Shown: one piece after another, positions 61,961-64,000 of the stretch
Position numbering within the stretch: the first letter of the stretch is position 1
Layout: each line of letters opens with the position of its first letter
Assembly (NCBI GenBank): GCA_048013815.1
Contig: CM106586.1
Span: 13,268,001 to 13,332,000 of the forward strand
Origin: Setoptus koraiensis
Lineage: Eukaryota > Animalia > Arthropoda
Length of the DNA stretch: 64,000 bases
Direction: 5' to 3'
Translations under genes and position numbers: made by a program
Notes under the pieces: model-generated
Seen by the model: only the letters and a program-made list of their open reading frames with translations
The model's database searches: none
Told to the model about the DNA's origin: nothing

Positions 61961-64000
61961 GTCCGGGGCATCCGAAACCACTCGAAAGGCTGCCAGTCGA
62001 AGGCGCACGATGCAACTTTCGCCACTATCGCCGGCATCAGCGGCTTCTCAAGTGCTAATCTGGGCTGATTCGATTGTGATCGCACGGGATCAAATTTGAA
62101 TTTGAGAGCCGTTTGAATAGCGCGAGCAATTATGGGATTTTCATTTTTATCCCATCCTGGCCCGGCCTGGCCCGCCACAAACCTAGCACCAGCACAAACC
62201 CAGCACCAGCACAACTTAACTAACCGAGTTAATGCGCTAGACGACGACAAAAACGATTAACACGGGCCAAATTCACTTAGGTACTTACTCAGTGCCCAAT
62301 CAATGGGACAGGATTAAGGATGATGACGAAACTGATTGAAATCGCTCGCTTGCTTGTCGCGGTTGTTGTCGTCGCGGTTGCCGCTTGTTGTTGTTGTTGT
62401 GTCCGACAAAAACGACGATGCTAATCTTGTTCTTTGTGCGCCTAGCAGCTCCATCGCAAATAAATAACCAGAATCGCGATAACGTGGCCGCTATCGCCCA
62501 ACGGCATCTGACAATATTGTTGTTAACACCGATCAACAAAACTCTCGAGCAACATGCTAATTTTGACCGTTATCTTTGCCGTTTGCTCAACGTTATCCCC
62601 TTATCAACTGTGCGCGTTCGACTATGATCCACTCTGATCCTCTGCGATCCACTGCCCAAAGCCACACAAATGTAAATATGTAAATGCCGAGAGAAGCCAG
62701 CACTAAACCACTGAGGCCCGCGCGCACTCAATATCGGCTATTCACACGTGAATACGCCGTTGGTCATACTGTATTTACCTGTCGGTGCAAGCCAGTGCTT
62801 TCGATTTACAACTATCCAGTTCGTGGCAACAACCTGTGCCCAAACTGACACCGATGAGGCTGATGATGATTTACTCTCTCTCTCTCTCTCTCCCCCTCTT
62901 GCTTCAAAAACTGATCATTTCCACTGAGCGCGCTGTTGTCAAAAAACGATCAACAAAAAAGAAGATTCTTCCACGAGATAAATTGGCATCGAGTGTGTGT
63001 GTGTGTGTGTGATTGACCAGCGATATCCACTGCTGGCCACTGATAAACAGATCAACAGATAGCAACCTATAGCCGAACGCTGATTCCAAGCCAAATCAGC
63101 TATCGACCGAATTGCTGATTCGGTTGCAGCAGTTGGGCCACTGGTGAGAATTGAAATAGATTTTTTTCTCTCATTCGCCTCTATTATTTTGTCGTCATTA
63201 TATGAATATTATTATTTATTATCGTATATTCCTCGTTCTCATTAGTTAGCTGTGCGTCGTGCGTCGTCGTGTTGGTGGTTGCTTTGTTGGTATTGTCGAC
63301 AGCATTAGCATTCATATCATGTGTATATGAATAGCAGTGGCATATGAGTGTGTGAGTGTGTATGTGATCATTTAGAATCTGGAGCTTCCCTGTCAAGTCC
63401 ACTAACTAACGGCACCAGCATTGAACCAGCAACACCAGCGTGCAATTGGCCTGGTCTGCAAAAGGAACTGTAGGTGGTCCAAAGTGTGTGTCTCCGGTGA
63501 AAATATTACCAGCCAAGGAGCAGCGAGAAATAAAAGACAATTCAGGGGATAGTTCAATCACCGTCATTTGCGTCGCTGCTTATAGGTCGTCGATGATGGG
63601 AGGTCAATTGTATATGACTGTCTCTACCAAGAAACCAGGACAAACTGAATTCACGGCCCATGCGATAACGCTGCTGCGTCCAACGGATGCTGGCCGATTA
63701 TTTGTCGAATTATTCATTGTTATTATCGCCATTTAATCATCGCCAACAGTGTTCAACATTGATATCTTTTGTATCTCTTCTTTTGTCTTCTGCTTTGCCT
63801 GTTCACCTATCTCCATAGTCACTGCGTACACTATGTAGCTCACATGGCTGGTATTTGTCGCAGTTTCGACAACAACCTCGGGACAACGGGACCACCCGAC
63901 AGAAAACAGTGTAGACGATGATGAATTGTAACCTAAATTGTGACGTTGTTAGTCCAACAGCACAGACACATTTCATCATCAATTTTTCTGTTGCCTAATC

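Noticed and set aside
44600-63400. Possible second, head-to-head Zic paralogue (as in vertebrate Zic1/4 and Zic2/5) or other gene upstream
   Set aside because: No C2H2, homeobox or other domain is present in any frame. The longest ORFs (59924-60610, 59508-60152, 47904-48265) lack recognisable motifs.

Overview
Eukaryotic nuclear DNA from an arthropod. An acariform mite (eriophyoid-like) is my inference from the compact intron-poor genes, the GR-type receptors and the microsatellite style. The left ~21 kb is a dense gene block. It holds a tandem pair of gustatory-receptor-like 7TM genes (each with three C-terminal phase-0 introns), AIG1/ADTRP, an alpha/beta-hydrolase, and intronless folliculin, G-patch Spp2/GPKOW-like, ATG12, ZMAT2/Snu23 and TAF8 genes. 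The right ~43 kb holds one very large Zic/odd-paired gene (3 exons, ~1468 aa, introns 12.9 and 5.9 kb) and at least 19 kb of apparently gene-free, tandem-repeat-rich upstream DNA, where nearly all listed ORFs look spurious. The best hidden feature is a ~1.2 kb non-coding minus-strand segment between GPKOW and folliculin (about 18000 to 16829) that folds by hand into a telomerase-RNA-like architecture. It has a UAACCUAAC template for (TTAGG)n, a template-adjacent boundary helix, a P2/P3 pseudoknot closed by a P1 helix, and a 3' box H/ACA domain. All structures were paired by eye and no database search was possible.
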